Source: Candidatus Nanogingivalaceae bacterium (GTDB lineage: Bacteria > Patescibacteriota > Saccharimonadia > Saccharimonadales > Saccharimonadaceae). Taken from it: a stretch of 32,000 nt of DNA. The notes below the pieces were generated by a model. That model was not told the DNA's origin. It did no database searches and saw only the letters and a program-made list of their open reading frames with translations. The stretch lies in NCBI GenBank assembly GCA_015257795.3, contig CP072208.2:210001-242000 (forward strand), given 5' to 3'. Below are positions 1-7,165 of the stretch, one piece after another. Within the stretch, counting starts at the first letter, position 1. Each line of letters begins with the position of its first letter. Both the position numbers and the translations under genes were made by a program.

Positions 1-771
1 GGTGTTATTATCATTGCAGTGTTGTTGGTTGTAGCTGGTTTTCAAAAGGATCTTGGGACAGCGACTACGATTATTATTGCGATAGCTTTTCAGTTTGTTG
101 TTGCTGGCATGAAGTCAGATAAGCTTGTTCCCGTGGGTTTGGTGATTCTAGCTGGAGTTGTTTTATTGATTGTTTTTGAACCACACCGAATTTCGCGTAT
201 TTTAACATTTTCGAAAGGCGATTGCAGTAATATCTTAACGGAAAGTGGAAAAGATCAATATCATATCTGTAATGCTAAGCTTGCAATTGGTTCAGGTGGA
301 ATTTTAGGCTTAGGAATTGGAAATTCAGTTCAGTCTGCAGGATATTTACCTGAAACCATTAATGACTCAATTTTTGCGGTGATGGGTGAGATGTTTGGTT
401 TTGTAGGGCTGTTTGGAATATTAGCAATTTATTTTGGGCTAATATATCAACTTCTTAAAGTTATTTCAAGAATGGAAAACCCTGCAAGTAGACTTTTTGT
501 CGCTGGGGTTACTGGGTGGATAACTTCACAAACAGTAATTAATGTGGCGGCGATGGTTGGACTTTTCCCACTAAAAGGAATCACAATTCCATTAATTTCT
601 TACGGAGGAACAAGTCTGGTTGTGATCTTGGGCGTTCTCGGAATCGTTTTCAATATTTCAAATTACACATCGTTTAAGCAAGTTGAAGATTTTAAGGAGG
701 AAAGCTATGAAAATACTAGCAATCGGCGGCGGGTCGGGCGGTCACGTGGTGCCCGTAGTAGCAGTTTTTAA
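1..771 (+). CDS. ftsW: SEDS-family cell-division protein FtsW/RodA, C-terminal part (5' end lies outside the window)
   Basis: The frame is open from base 1. It is a polytopic membrane protein with SEDS-like C-terminal blocks (GSGGILGLGIGNS..., PLISYGGTSLV). It sits directly upstream of murG, as in dcw clusters. The last ~65 nt overlap murG. Confidence 0.8.
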   Translation, partial: GVIIIAVLLVVAGFQKDLGTATTIIIAIAFQFVVAGMKSDKLVPVGLVILAGVVLLIVFEPHRISRILTFSKGDCSNILTESGKDQYHICNAKLAIGSGGILGLGIGNSVQSAGYLPETINDSIFAVMGEMFGFVGLFGILAIYFGLIYQLLKVISRMENPASRLFVAGVTGWITSQTVINVAAMVGLFPLKGITIPLISYGGTSLVVILGVLGIVFNISNYTSFKQVEDFKEESYENTSNRRRVGRSRGARSSSF

Positions 772-1864
772 AGAGATATTAAAGAAAAAACCTGATACTG
801 AGTTGTATTTTTGGTGCGATAAAAAATTTGCACCACAAGCTACAAAAATTATGCAGCAGTCTTTTGGTGAGCAAGTTAGTGTTTCGAAAATTTCAAGTGG
901 TAAATTTCGTAGATATAATCATCTAAGTTTTTGGCAACATTTAACGGTTCCGAGTGTTGTATTTGGTAATTTTATTGATATCTTTAAGAATATTGCAGGT
1001 ATTTTTCAGGCTTTTACAAAATTAGTCGTTAACCGTCCAGATGTTATTTTTTGTAAAGGTGGGTTTGTTTGTGTTCCAGCCGGATTGGCGGCGTGGGCGC
1101 TGAGAATTCCAATTGTTATTCATGATTCTGATGCGCACCCTGGTTTGGCAAATCGCATAATTTCAAGATTTGCTAAAAAAATTGCAACAGGTGCACCATT
1201 GGAGTTCTATAATTATCCTATTGAGAAAACTGAATATGTGGGTATTCCGGTTCTAGATAAATTTAAGAAGTATAGTAAAAGTGAACGACAACAGTTTAAA
1301 AAAGAGCTTGGATTTTTAAGTGAAAAGCCACTAGTTTTAGTAACGGGCGGCGGTCTTGGTGCTGCTCGATTAAATAATGCTGTGGTTTATGAAGGCACTA
1401 AGCTTTCAAGAAAAGCTCAAATTATTTTAATATCGGGCGTTGCTCAATTTGAAGAGCTTCAAAAAGAAATTGAAGGATTTCCTGAGGATTTTCATCTTCT
1501 AAGTTTTGTCTCAAAAGATATGTGGAAATTTCTAGCTGCTGCGGATTTAGTCGTTGCTAGAGCCGGGGCAACGTCTAATCTTGAGCTTGCATCATTACAT
1601 AAACCTACAATTTTAGTTCCTAATGCAAGATTGACTGGTGGTCATCAGCTAAAAAATGCTCAGGTGTATGAAAAGTCTGGTGCGGTTGAAGTTGTTTCAG
1701 ACGATCTAATAGAAGAAAATCCTGAAATTCTTTCAAATAAAATTATTCGAATATTAGATGATCCAAACAGGATGAATAAATTGGGTGAAGAATTTGGTAA
1801 TTTTGCTAAACCGAATGCGGCAAAAGATGTTGCGAAATTAATTTTTGAATCAATAGATATGTAA
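707..1864 (+). CDS. murG: UDP-N-acetylglucosamine--N-acetylmuramyl-(pentapeptide) pyrophosphoryl-undecaprenol GlcNAc transferase MurG
   Basis: N-terminal glycine loop MKILAIGGGSGGHVVP. C-terminal GT28 blocks (VTGGGLGA, ARAGATSNLELA, HQLKNA). AGGAGG at 694-699 favours the ATG at 707 over the ATG at 683. Confidence 0.9.
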   Translation: MKILAIGGGSGGHVVPVVAVFKEILKKKPDTELYFWCDKKFAPQATKIMQQSFGEQVSVSKISSGKFRRYNHLSFWQHLTVPSVVFGNFIDIFKNIAGIFQAFTKLVVNRPDVIFCKGGFVCVPAGLAAWALRIPIVIHDSDAHPGLANRIISRFAKKIATGAPLEFYNYPIEKTEYVGIPVLDKFKKYSKSERQQFKKELGFLSEKPLVLVTGGGLGAARLNNAVVYEGTKLSRKAQIILISGVAQFEELQKEIEGFPEDFHLLSFVSKDMWKFLAAADLVVARAGATSNLELASLHKPTILVPNARLTGGHQLKNAQVYEKSGAVEVVSDDLIEENPEILSNKIIRILDDPNRMNKLGEEFGNFAKPNAAKDVAKLIFESIDM

Positions 1865-1896
1865 AAAACATCAAGCTTATGGTATAATTTAAAGAG

Positions 1897-2772
1897 ATGA
1901 AAGAAGCGGAAAACTTAACGCGTCGAGAAAAACGCGAGCAAATTCTAAAAAAGCACTCCGAAGAGAAGGGTGTTTTTCGCCGCGGTGTAACTATTTCTAA
2001 CAGGGAATGGAATAAATCTGAAAGAACACAAGAGCATAAATTAATTGTGCGCCGACGAAAACTAAGTGTATTTTTTATAAGTATTACAGCTGTTTCAATT
2101 TTAATGGTTGTATTTTTACTCCAGTTTGTATCTAGGGTTTCAGTTACCGCTAAGAGTATTTCAAACAATAATTTAGAAAAATACAAAACCTCGATAGAAG
2201 AATATTTTTCGGCAAACCCTAGCGAGAGATTTATGCCAAATCTAAATAAAAAAGCATTAATTTCGAAGGTTCAGAATGATAATCCTGAAATCCTGGATAT
2301 TTCTAATATAAACTTGAATGGTATTACTTCTTATAATTTTGAATTAAGTTTTCGAAAACCAGTTGCTTCATGGAATGCTGAAGGGAAGGAATTATTTGTT
2401 GATTCTGAAGGTGCTTCTTTTTCTACGACCCTTTTTGATAAGCCTGCATTAGCAATTGTCGATGATAGTGGTTTGACAGCATCAAACGGTAAAAATGTTG
2501 CAAGTGGTAGTTTCTTTAGTTTTGTTGGAAAGCTAGTTGCTGCAGCTAATAATAACGGTTTAGAGATTACTAAAATTCGTATTCCTCCCGCTAGCTTAAG
2601 GCAGGTCGAGGTATCTGTGAATGGTGTGAAATATTATGCTAAAATGTCTACATCTGAGTCGGCCGAGGGGCAAATGGCTAACTTTAAAACAGCGATCAAT
2701 TATTTTGCGACGCATAAGGTTTCACCTAGTTATGTAGATTTAAGAATTGAAGGAAAAGGATATTATAAATAG
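1897..2772 (+). CDS. FtsQ/DivIB-like bitopic cell-division protein (assigned by context and architecture)
   Basis: Basic cytoplasmic N-terminus, a single TM segment (VFFISITAVSILMVVFLLQFV) and a ~200-aa external domain. It lies immediately after murG. Confidence 0.45.
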   Translation: MKEAENLTRREKREQILKKHSEEKGVFRRGVTISNREWNKSERTQEHKLIVRRRKLSVFFISITAVSILMVVFLLQFVSRVSVTAKSISNNNLEKYKTSIEEYFSANPSERFMPNLNKKALISKVQNDNPEILDISNINLNGITSYNFELSFRKPVASWNAEGKELFVDSEGASFSTTLFDKPALAIVDDSGLTASNGKNVASGSFFSFVGKLVAAANNNGLEITKIRIPPASLRQVEVSVNGVKYYAKMSTSESAEGQMANFKTAINYFATHKVSPSYVDLRIEGKGYYK

Positions 2773-2808
2773 ATATTTTTCGAAAAGATTAAAAAAGGGG
2801 AATATATA

Positions 2809-2826
2809 TTTTGTTCGCTTTTTGTT
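2809..2826. repeat. Inverted copy of the 18-mer AACAAAAAGCGAACAAAA (present here as TTTTGTTCGCTTTTTGTT)
   Basis: It is the exact reverse complement of 3701-3718 and 9135-9152. It lies 37 nt after the ftsQ-like stop codon. Confidence 0.85.
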
Positions 2827-3349
2827 CTATTTGATTAGTTAGAATATAAATAAAAGAGAAGTCTATAAAAAACTATATTATTATATAAAATAATAAAAAG
2901 TCAAATTTGTCAAATAATAGCAAAGCAGGGGGTTAAAACAATAATTTAATAAGCTATAAAAATGATATTTTATCGGTAAATAATCTAAAGTTTTATAAAA
3001 TATCAATAAAGATATTAAACCACGGCAATAAGCAATTTATCCCATATAATAAAAAAAGATACATGTATTAATTCTCTTTTTTATTTTTTGAAATTTTAAT
3101 GCTGGAGATTTGGTAACGAAAATCACAGATAAAAATCTTACGTTAAGAAAAAAGGTATATTAATCTATTAAATTATTAAAAGTAATACATTGTCTGTAGA
3201 GATATAAGAATGTAAAATAATAATTTGAAGATTATGTAAATATATAAATACATAAATACAAATATGGATTAAGTGTTATGATGTATGATGAATACTTAGT
3301 TATCTTATAGTACCTAAGTATTTGTCGTAAAAGATATATTGTGCGACAC

Positions 3350-3377
3350 TTGACATAATTTCTTTATTTGATAAAAT
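3350..3377 (+). promoter_or_regulatory. Sigma70-like promoter for the 78-aa gene (TTGACA-16 nt-TAAAAT)
   Basis: TTGACA at 3350-3355 and TAAAAT at 3372-3377. It lies immediately downstream of the 21-mer box. Confidence 0.5.
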
Positions 3378-3424
3378 GATCATGTAATATAAAATAATTT
3401 TAAATTTAATTAAGGAAAAATTAC

Positions 3425-3661
3425 ATGAATAAAGAAAATTTACTAAACGAAGATAATATTATTTCAGCACTTTCCCGTTTGTCTATTAAAACTCAAGAAT
3501 CGCCAAAAACTGGCAATGTCTATACTACTATAACTTTGCATTTTAAAAATGGTCTTGAAATCCGTTATTTTGTAGATCCTAAAGATAAATTTGGTCTTAA
3601 AGATGCTATTTCTCGAATTTCGCAATCTGAAAAACTAGACAATATCCTAAACGAGGACTAA
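3425..3661 (+). CDS. Hypothetical 78-aa protein with an acidic C-terminal tail, paralog of 8862..9095. It may be a phage ssDNA-binding protein or a regulator, but the function is unproven.
   Basis: A complete ORF with an AAGGA-type RBS. It aligns along its full length with the 77-aa ORF at 8862 (shared NxDNIIS...F KNGLEI.YFVD.KDKFGL.DA...ISQSEKLDNILNED). Confidence 0.6.
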   Translation: MNKENLLNEDNIISALSRLSIKTQESPKTGNVYTTITLHFKNGLEIRYFVDPKDKFGLKDAISRISQSEKLDNILNED

Positions 3662-3748
3662 CAGCTTATGTGAAATTTAAACCGTTAGCCCAAAATCGCA
3701 AACAAAAAGCGAACAAAAAAATAATATCAACGTAAAAAAGGAGTTAAA

Positions 3749-3925
3749 ATGCTTGAGCAACTAGGAGCAATCAACTTCCCTGAAAATTTGAACACTCAAA
3801 TTATCACTGGAATTGAGAGCGCATTCTCAAACGGTTTGACTTTCGTTGCGCCTATTCTTGTAGGTATGGTAGGTATTACTATCGTGCGAAAGGTTATCAA
3901 CCGCGGTAAAAGCGGTCGGGTTTAA
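3749..3925 (+). CDS. Candidate major coat protein (58 aa; g8p-like architecture)
   Basis: My own translation is MLEQLGAINFPENLNTQIITGIESAFSNGLTFVAPILVGMVGITIVRKVINRGKSGRV. It has a polar N-terminus, one hydrophobic helix and a basic DNA-facing C-terminus. AAGGAG RBS at 3738-3743. It is too short to appear in the ORF track. Confidence 0.55.
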   Translation: MLEQLGAINFPENLNTQIITGIESAFSNGLTFVAPILVGMVGITIVRKVINRGKSGRV

Positions 3926-4162
3926 TCCCCTGCTTTCTCCCAATCCTGAGTATGATTTAAAACTACTCATCTATAATATAAATTTAACAATTAAATTAGC
4001 TTAAATTATAACTTAAATTGAAATAAAAGTGATTAGTACTTTATTAGGTTCATTTTTATTTTTTACAAATCCACATCTAGTATAAAAACATCGAAAAAAT
4101 AGTTTTTTATAATCACTTTTTTATATTTTAAACTTAAGCTTATTTAATTAAAGGTAAAAATA

Positions 4163-4318
4163 ATGGTTCAAAACGTATCATCAAATGAAGTTATCGGTAT
4201 AATTTTAGACCTATTTTCTAAAGGTTTTGTTTTTCTATTACCTATCATTGGAGTATTGGCAGGAATTCACCTTTTATATTCAATGATAATGAACGTGCTA
4301 TTTAGAGATAGACTATAG
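4163..4318 (+). CDS. Small single-TM coat-like protein (51 aa), apparent paralog of 3749..3925
   Basis: Translation is MVQNVSSNEVIGIILDLFSKGFVFLLPIIGVLAGIHLLYSMIMNVLFRDRL. It shares the core pattern I..FS.G..F..PI.....GI with the 58-aa protein. The RBS is weak (AAAGG). Confidence 0.45.
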   Translation: MVQNVSSNEVIGIILDLFSKGFVFLLPIIGVLAGIHLLYSMIMNVLFRDRL

Positions 4319-4326
4319 GAGAAAAT

Positions 4327-4464
4327 ATGCAAGATATATATTATTACACCCCTTTGCATAATAAATTTGTAAAATTCGATGATATAACTTGGCTCATTAT
4401 CATAATGCTTACGATTCTAGCATTATATTTTATTAAAAACATGAAAGTTCGCCCTAAAAGGTAG
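4327..4464 (+). CDS. Small single-TM protein (45 aa), candidate minor coat protein (g7p/g9p-like size class)
   Basis: Translation is MQDIYYYTPLHNKFVKFDDITWLIIIMLTILALYFIKNMKVRPKR. AGGAG lies 5-6 nt upstream of the ATG. It is tightly packed, with its stop 3 nt before the next ATG. Confidence 0.45.
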   Translation: MQDIYYYTPLHNKFVKFDDITWLIIIMLTILALYFIKNMKVRPKR

Positions 4465-4467
4465 AGT

Positions 4468-5721
4468 ATGAACAAATGGAAAATTTACTTTTTATTATTT
4501 GGCTTTGCATTATGCTGTGGTTTATTTGGGATTCTAAGCAAAAACGCGTTCGCCGTTGAAAGTTATAAAATATCACCCGCGCAAGACAGAGATTTTAAGA
4601 GAGCTTATTATCGGCAAGTATATATAGAGCAAGATACACCTATAAATTTACATTATTATTTTTATGCGCCCGATAAATATTCAGAAAAAATAAAACTTAT
4701 TTCTTTTATTTGTGAAGATCCTTACAATAATTATACAACTATTGATGGTTGCGGCCTGTATATGGTACAAGAAGCGGGAAGTTTTAAAATTAAGTTGAAA
4801 GCATCTGGTTATACACAAACTGATTATAGTCGCGAAACACAAGAGTCTGACCCACCATATGTTAATAAAGTATATAATTTCAGCAAACCTTTTGAAATAG
4901 CAAGTTATACAGATCAAGATTTTAAAAACGGGCTTACCCTTTTGGGTGGTACAGCGCTGAAAGAAAATAGCTGGAATTTAAATGAAGGTGGTTTTTTAGT
5001 CGAGCCGATAGGTGGAAAAACCGATAGTTCAAATAGTAACAGCGGAAATAATAGCGGTGGTGGATTTGGCGATTTCTTCGCTGGCATTCGTGATTTTATT
5101 AGAGACTTCTTTCAGCCCATGATTGATTCGATTACGCGAACTCAAAAGGTCGTTTTGGGTATAACAGACAATATTATAAAAGGAATCAGCGACTTTTTCG
5201 CGCCTATGATCCAATCTATTGGAAATATGCTTAAAGCTATCATTGATTTGCCAAAACTTATTCTAGATGGTATAAAATCAATATTTGATGGTTTAATTAA
5301 CGCTGTTACTACTTTGTTTGTCCCCGCTGAAGGTCAGATAGACACTGAAATGTCTAATTTAAAATCTATGTTTAATTTCGACAAGATAACCTCCATCTTA
5401 AATGCTACATTTTTACCACTTGAAAAATCAGGTTTTCGTTATGATTTAAATTGTAATAATCAATATTGGGACAGTGCTAGTGATTATTTAAATGAGAACA
5501 TCTATGATAAGGGAACAAATACCATCATGGAAAAGATGCACGGTAAAGCGTGGCGCATGAGCTTATCTATTTGTAAAGTGCCACCTATTTATATAACAAT
5601 AGCGCGCACGTTGTTGATATTCGCGTTTGTTTGGTGGTCAGCTTACAGATTATTTGAATTTGTACCTATTCTTATGGGTTCAGCGTTCATATGGGACAGA
5701 TGGAAGAAGAAAGAAGAGTAA
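4468..5721 (+). CDS. g3p-like adsorption/minor coat protein (417 aa)
   Basis: Cleavable signal peptide (…SKNAFA|VE), an N-terminal globular part, a Gly/Ser/Asn-rich linker (GGKTDSSNSNSGNNSGGGFG), a helical region with duplicated DFFxPMIxSI motifs and a C-terminal TM anchor (LLIFAFVWWSAYRLFEFVPILMG). It sits between the coat genes and the g6p/Zot-like genes. Confidence 0.55.
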   Translation: MNKWKIYFLLFGFALCCGLFGILSKNAFAVESYKISPAQDRDFKRAYYRQVYIEQDTPINLHYYFYAPDKYSEKIKLISFICEDPYNNYTTIDGCGLYMVQEAGSFKIKLKASGYTQTDYSRETQESDPPYVNKVYNFSKPFEIASYTDQDFKNGLTLLGGTALKENSWNLNEGGFLVEPIGGKTDSSNSNSGNNSGGGFGDFFAGIRDFIRDFFQPMIDSITRTQKVVLGITDNIIKGISDFFAPMIQSIGNMLKAIIDLPKLILDGIKSIFDGLINAVTTLFVPAEGQIDTEMSNLKSMFNFDKITSILNATFLPLEKSGFRYDLNCNNQYWDSASDYLNENIYDKGTNTIMEKMHGKAWRMSLSICKVPPIYITIARTLLIFAFVWWSAYRLFEFVPILMGSAFIWDRWKKKEE

Positions 5722-5725
5722 AAAT

Positions 5726-6019
5726 ATGATAGTTATATTATTGATGAAATTAATACAAGTTGCGCTATTTCCACTTTCGGCGTTGGTTAAAACTGTCGAT
5801 TCGGCGATAGCCCCCCTTATAAGCGCTTTACCATCATTGCGCCCAGTTGTCGCGTTTATTCAATGGCCTTTAGAGATGTTAGCTTATTTGTTAGGTTCAA
5901 GAGAATTGATGGTCTTTATGTTTACATTTACAGCTGTATTGTTGCCCGTTGAATTAGCAATTTCGTTTATATGGTGGGTGATTTACAAACTTCCCGCTTT
6001 AAGCGTAAAAAACAAATAA
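5726..6019 (+). CDS. g6p-like small polytopic membrane protein (97 aa)
   Basis: I take the internal ATG at 5726, just after the previous stop, rather than the track start at 5627, which overlaps the g3p-like gene. It has about 3 hydrophobic segments and lies directly before the Zot-like gene. Confidence 0.5.
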   Translation: MIVILLMKLIQVALFPLSALVKTVDSAIAPLISALPSLRPVVAFIQWPLEMLAYLLGSRELMVFMFTFTAVLLPVELAISFIWWVIYKLPALSVKNK

Positions 6020-6028
6020 AGGAGTGAA

Positions 6029-6793
6029 ATGTCTTACTTATCATTTATTAAAAAAGAAACAAAACCGCATATCGATTCAATCAAACAAAACTATATAGAT
6101 TCAAAAGATAAAGAGCTATTTCGTGCTAGTGGTCTAACTGTCTATTGCGGTTGGCAAGGCTCAGGCAAAACGCTTTCAGCCGTAAAACACGTTTATAATC
6201 TTATGGTTCGCTACCCTAAATCAATTTTAGTTACGAATTTGGAGTTTAACAGTGATTTACCGAACAAAATTATAACTTTTAGAAATCATGATGATCTACA
6301 TCGTTTATTAGTTGAAATCAATAACGATAAATACGGCGTTATCTACTTAATAGATGAAATACATACGTATTTTAATGCTTTGGAGTCTAAAGATATACCG
6401 CCCTATATTTTTACCGAAATTTCACAACAACGCAAGCAACGTAAAGCTATTATAGGTACTTCTCAGCTATTCTTACGTATGGCCAAACCATTTAGAGAGC
6501 AAGCGAATTATTTAGTTATGTGTTCCACTTACGGAAATATATTCACCGTAAACAAAGTTTATGATGCACACAAACTAACAACAGATTATAGCGGTGCTTT
6601 AATTGGTCATTCAGTAAAAACGGGCTTTTTCTTTCATTCTGAAAAGTTAAGAAATATGTACGATACCTTACAAAAAGTAGTGTCAGGAAAGGCAGAATTT
6701 GAAGATTTTCAGGTAATCAATTTAGAGCAGAAAAAAAAAGAAAGGCTTTCGTGCGTCCGCAAGTCGATGACGCGCGCACGAAAGCCTCGATAA
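6029..6793 (+). CDS. Zot/pI-family P-loop NTPase (filamentous-phage assembly ATPase)
   Basis: Walker A GWQGSGKT and Walker B-like VIYLIDEIH. The size and position are typical of inovirus gene I/zot. GGAG RBS. I see no C-terminal TM segment, so it would be a short form. Confidence 0.65.
   Translation: MSYLSFIKKETKPHIDSIKQNYIDSKDKELFRASGLTVYCGWQGSGKTLSAVKHVYNLMVRYPKSILVTNLEFNSDLPNKIITFRNHDDLHRLLVEINNDKYGVIYLIDEIHTYFNALESKDIPPYIFTEISQQRKQRKAIIGTSQLFLRMAKPFREQANYLVMCSTYGNIFTVNKVYDAHKLTTDYSGALIGHSVKTGFFFHSEKLRNMYDTLQKVVSGKAEFEDFQVINLEQKKKERLSCVRKSMTRARKPR
6743..6787 (+). other. Perfect 13-bp GC-rich inverted repeat (AGGCTTTCGTGCG ... CGCACGAAAGCCT) with a 19-nt loop
   Basis: Read directly from the sequence. 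It lies in the last 50 nt of the Zot-like ORF, within otherwise AT-rich DNA. Confidence 0.8.
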
Positions 6794-6817
6794 TAACCAT
6801 TATTTAAAGGAGAAATT

Positions 6818-7084
6818 ATGTTATACGAACTAAAAATTACACGTAAATTTCAATATACGTTATATCACAACCGCACCCCTATTGCACATTATAAGACTAA
6901 AAAAGATGCGAAAACTGCCCTTTTAGTCATTAAACAACGCTTTGAACTTCTCGATAAATTACAAAAAGCTATGAAAATACAAACAAATTCATATTGTGGA
7001 GATACTCACCTATCTGTCTATCAATACTGCCCTGATTTTGAGATAAAACACTATTTTAAAATCGAACGTGAACAAATTGCTTAA
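6818..7084 (+). CDS. Hypothetical 88-aa phage protein
   Basis: A complete ORF with a GGAG RBS, co-oriented between the Zot-like gene and Rep. I recognise no motif. Confidence 0.6.
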   Translation: MLYELKITRKFQYTLYHNRTPIAHYKTKKDAKTALLVIKQRFELLDKLQKAMKIQTNSYCGDTHLSVYQYCPDFEIKHYFKIEREQIA

Positions 7085-7085
7085 T

Positions 7086-7131
7086 TGTGGCGGGGCGTTG
7101 CCCCTTGGGGCAACCCTTGTCAAGAGCCACA
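7086..7131 (+). other. Nested GC-rich hairpin in the intergenic region upstream of rep (outer TGTGGC/GCCACA, inner GTTGCCCC/GGGGCAAC)
   Basis: Read directly from the sequence. It is the most GC-rich stretch of the island and is non-coding. Confidence 0.75.
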
Positions 7132-7165
7132 CTTAACACACAAAACGCTAATTTAAGGAGAAAGT

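Larger units (their letters stand above)
3329..3719 (+). repeat. Left copy of the ~390-bp direct-repeat module (21-mer box, 78-aa gene, 97-bp conserved tail)
   Basis: The 21-mer AAAAGATATATTGTGCGACAC at 3329-3349 equals 8762-8782. Positions 3623-3719 are near-identical to 9057-9153, with only a few mismatches. The central part is diverged but collinear and encodes a paralogous protein. Confidence 0.9.

Noticed and set aside
683-706. Upstream ATG at 683 as the murG start
   Set aside because: The AGGAGG RBS sits at 694-699, correctly spaced for the ATG at 707. The canonical MurG N-terminus begins MKILAIGGG.
1806-2186. The 126-aa ORF antisense to the murG/ftsQ-like junction, and similar track ORFs at 4681-4917(-), 5029-5214(-), 8406-8609(-), 9971-10210(+), 11264-11522, 12019-12258, 13305-13605, 14315-14956, 19546-19779, 20354-20818, 22271-22576, 23121-23763, 24049-24276, 25416-26252, 26754-26978, 27866-29063, 30665-30868 and 31460-31823
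   Set aside because: All lie inside, and antisense or out of frame to, longer ORFs that have clear family motifs. They lack an RBS and have low-complexity composition typical of shadow ORFs in AT-rich DNA.
2920-2929. AAAGCAGGGG as an inverted match to CCCCTGCTTT (3927-3936), suggesting an inverted remnant of the coat region
   Set aside because: The match is only 10 nt and its order relative to the 18-mer is not collinear with an inverted copy. It is compatible with chance.
2773-3328. Search for a tRNA/tmRNA gene or integrase remnant as the phage attachment site, here and at 9154-9321
   Set aside because: I found no cloverleaf-compatible GC-rich arms, no conserved T-loop (GTTCGAATC-like) sequence and no ORF fragments. 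The DNA is almost pure AT-rich sequence.
5627-5725. N-terminal extension of the g6p-like ORF
   Set aside because: It would overlap the g3p-like gene by 95 nt. The ATG at 5726 follows the upstream stop directly and starts the hydrophobic protein.
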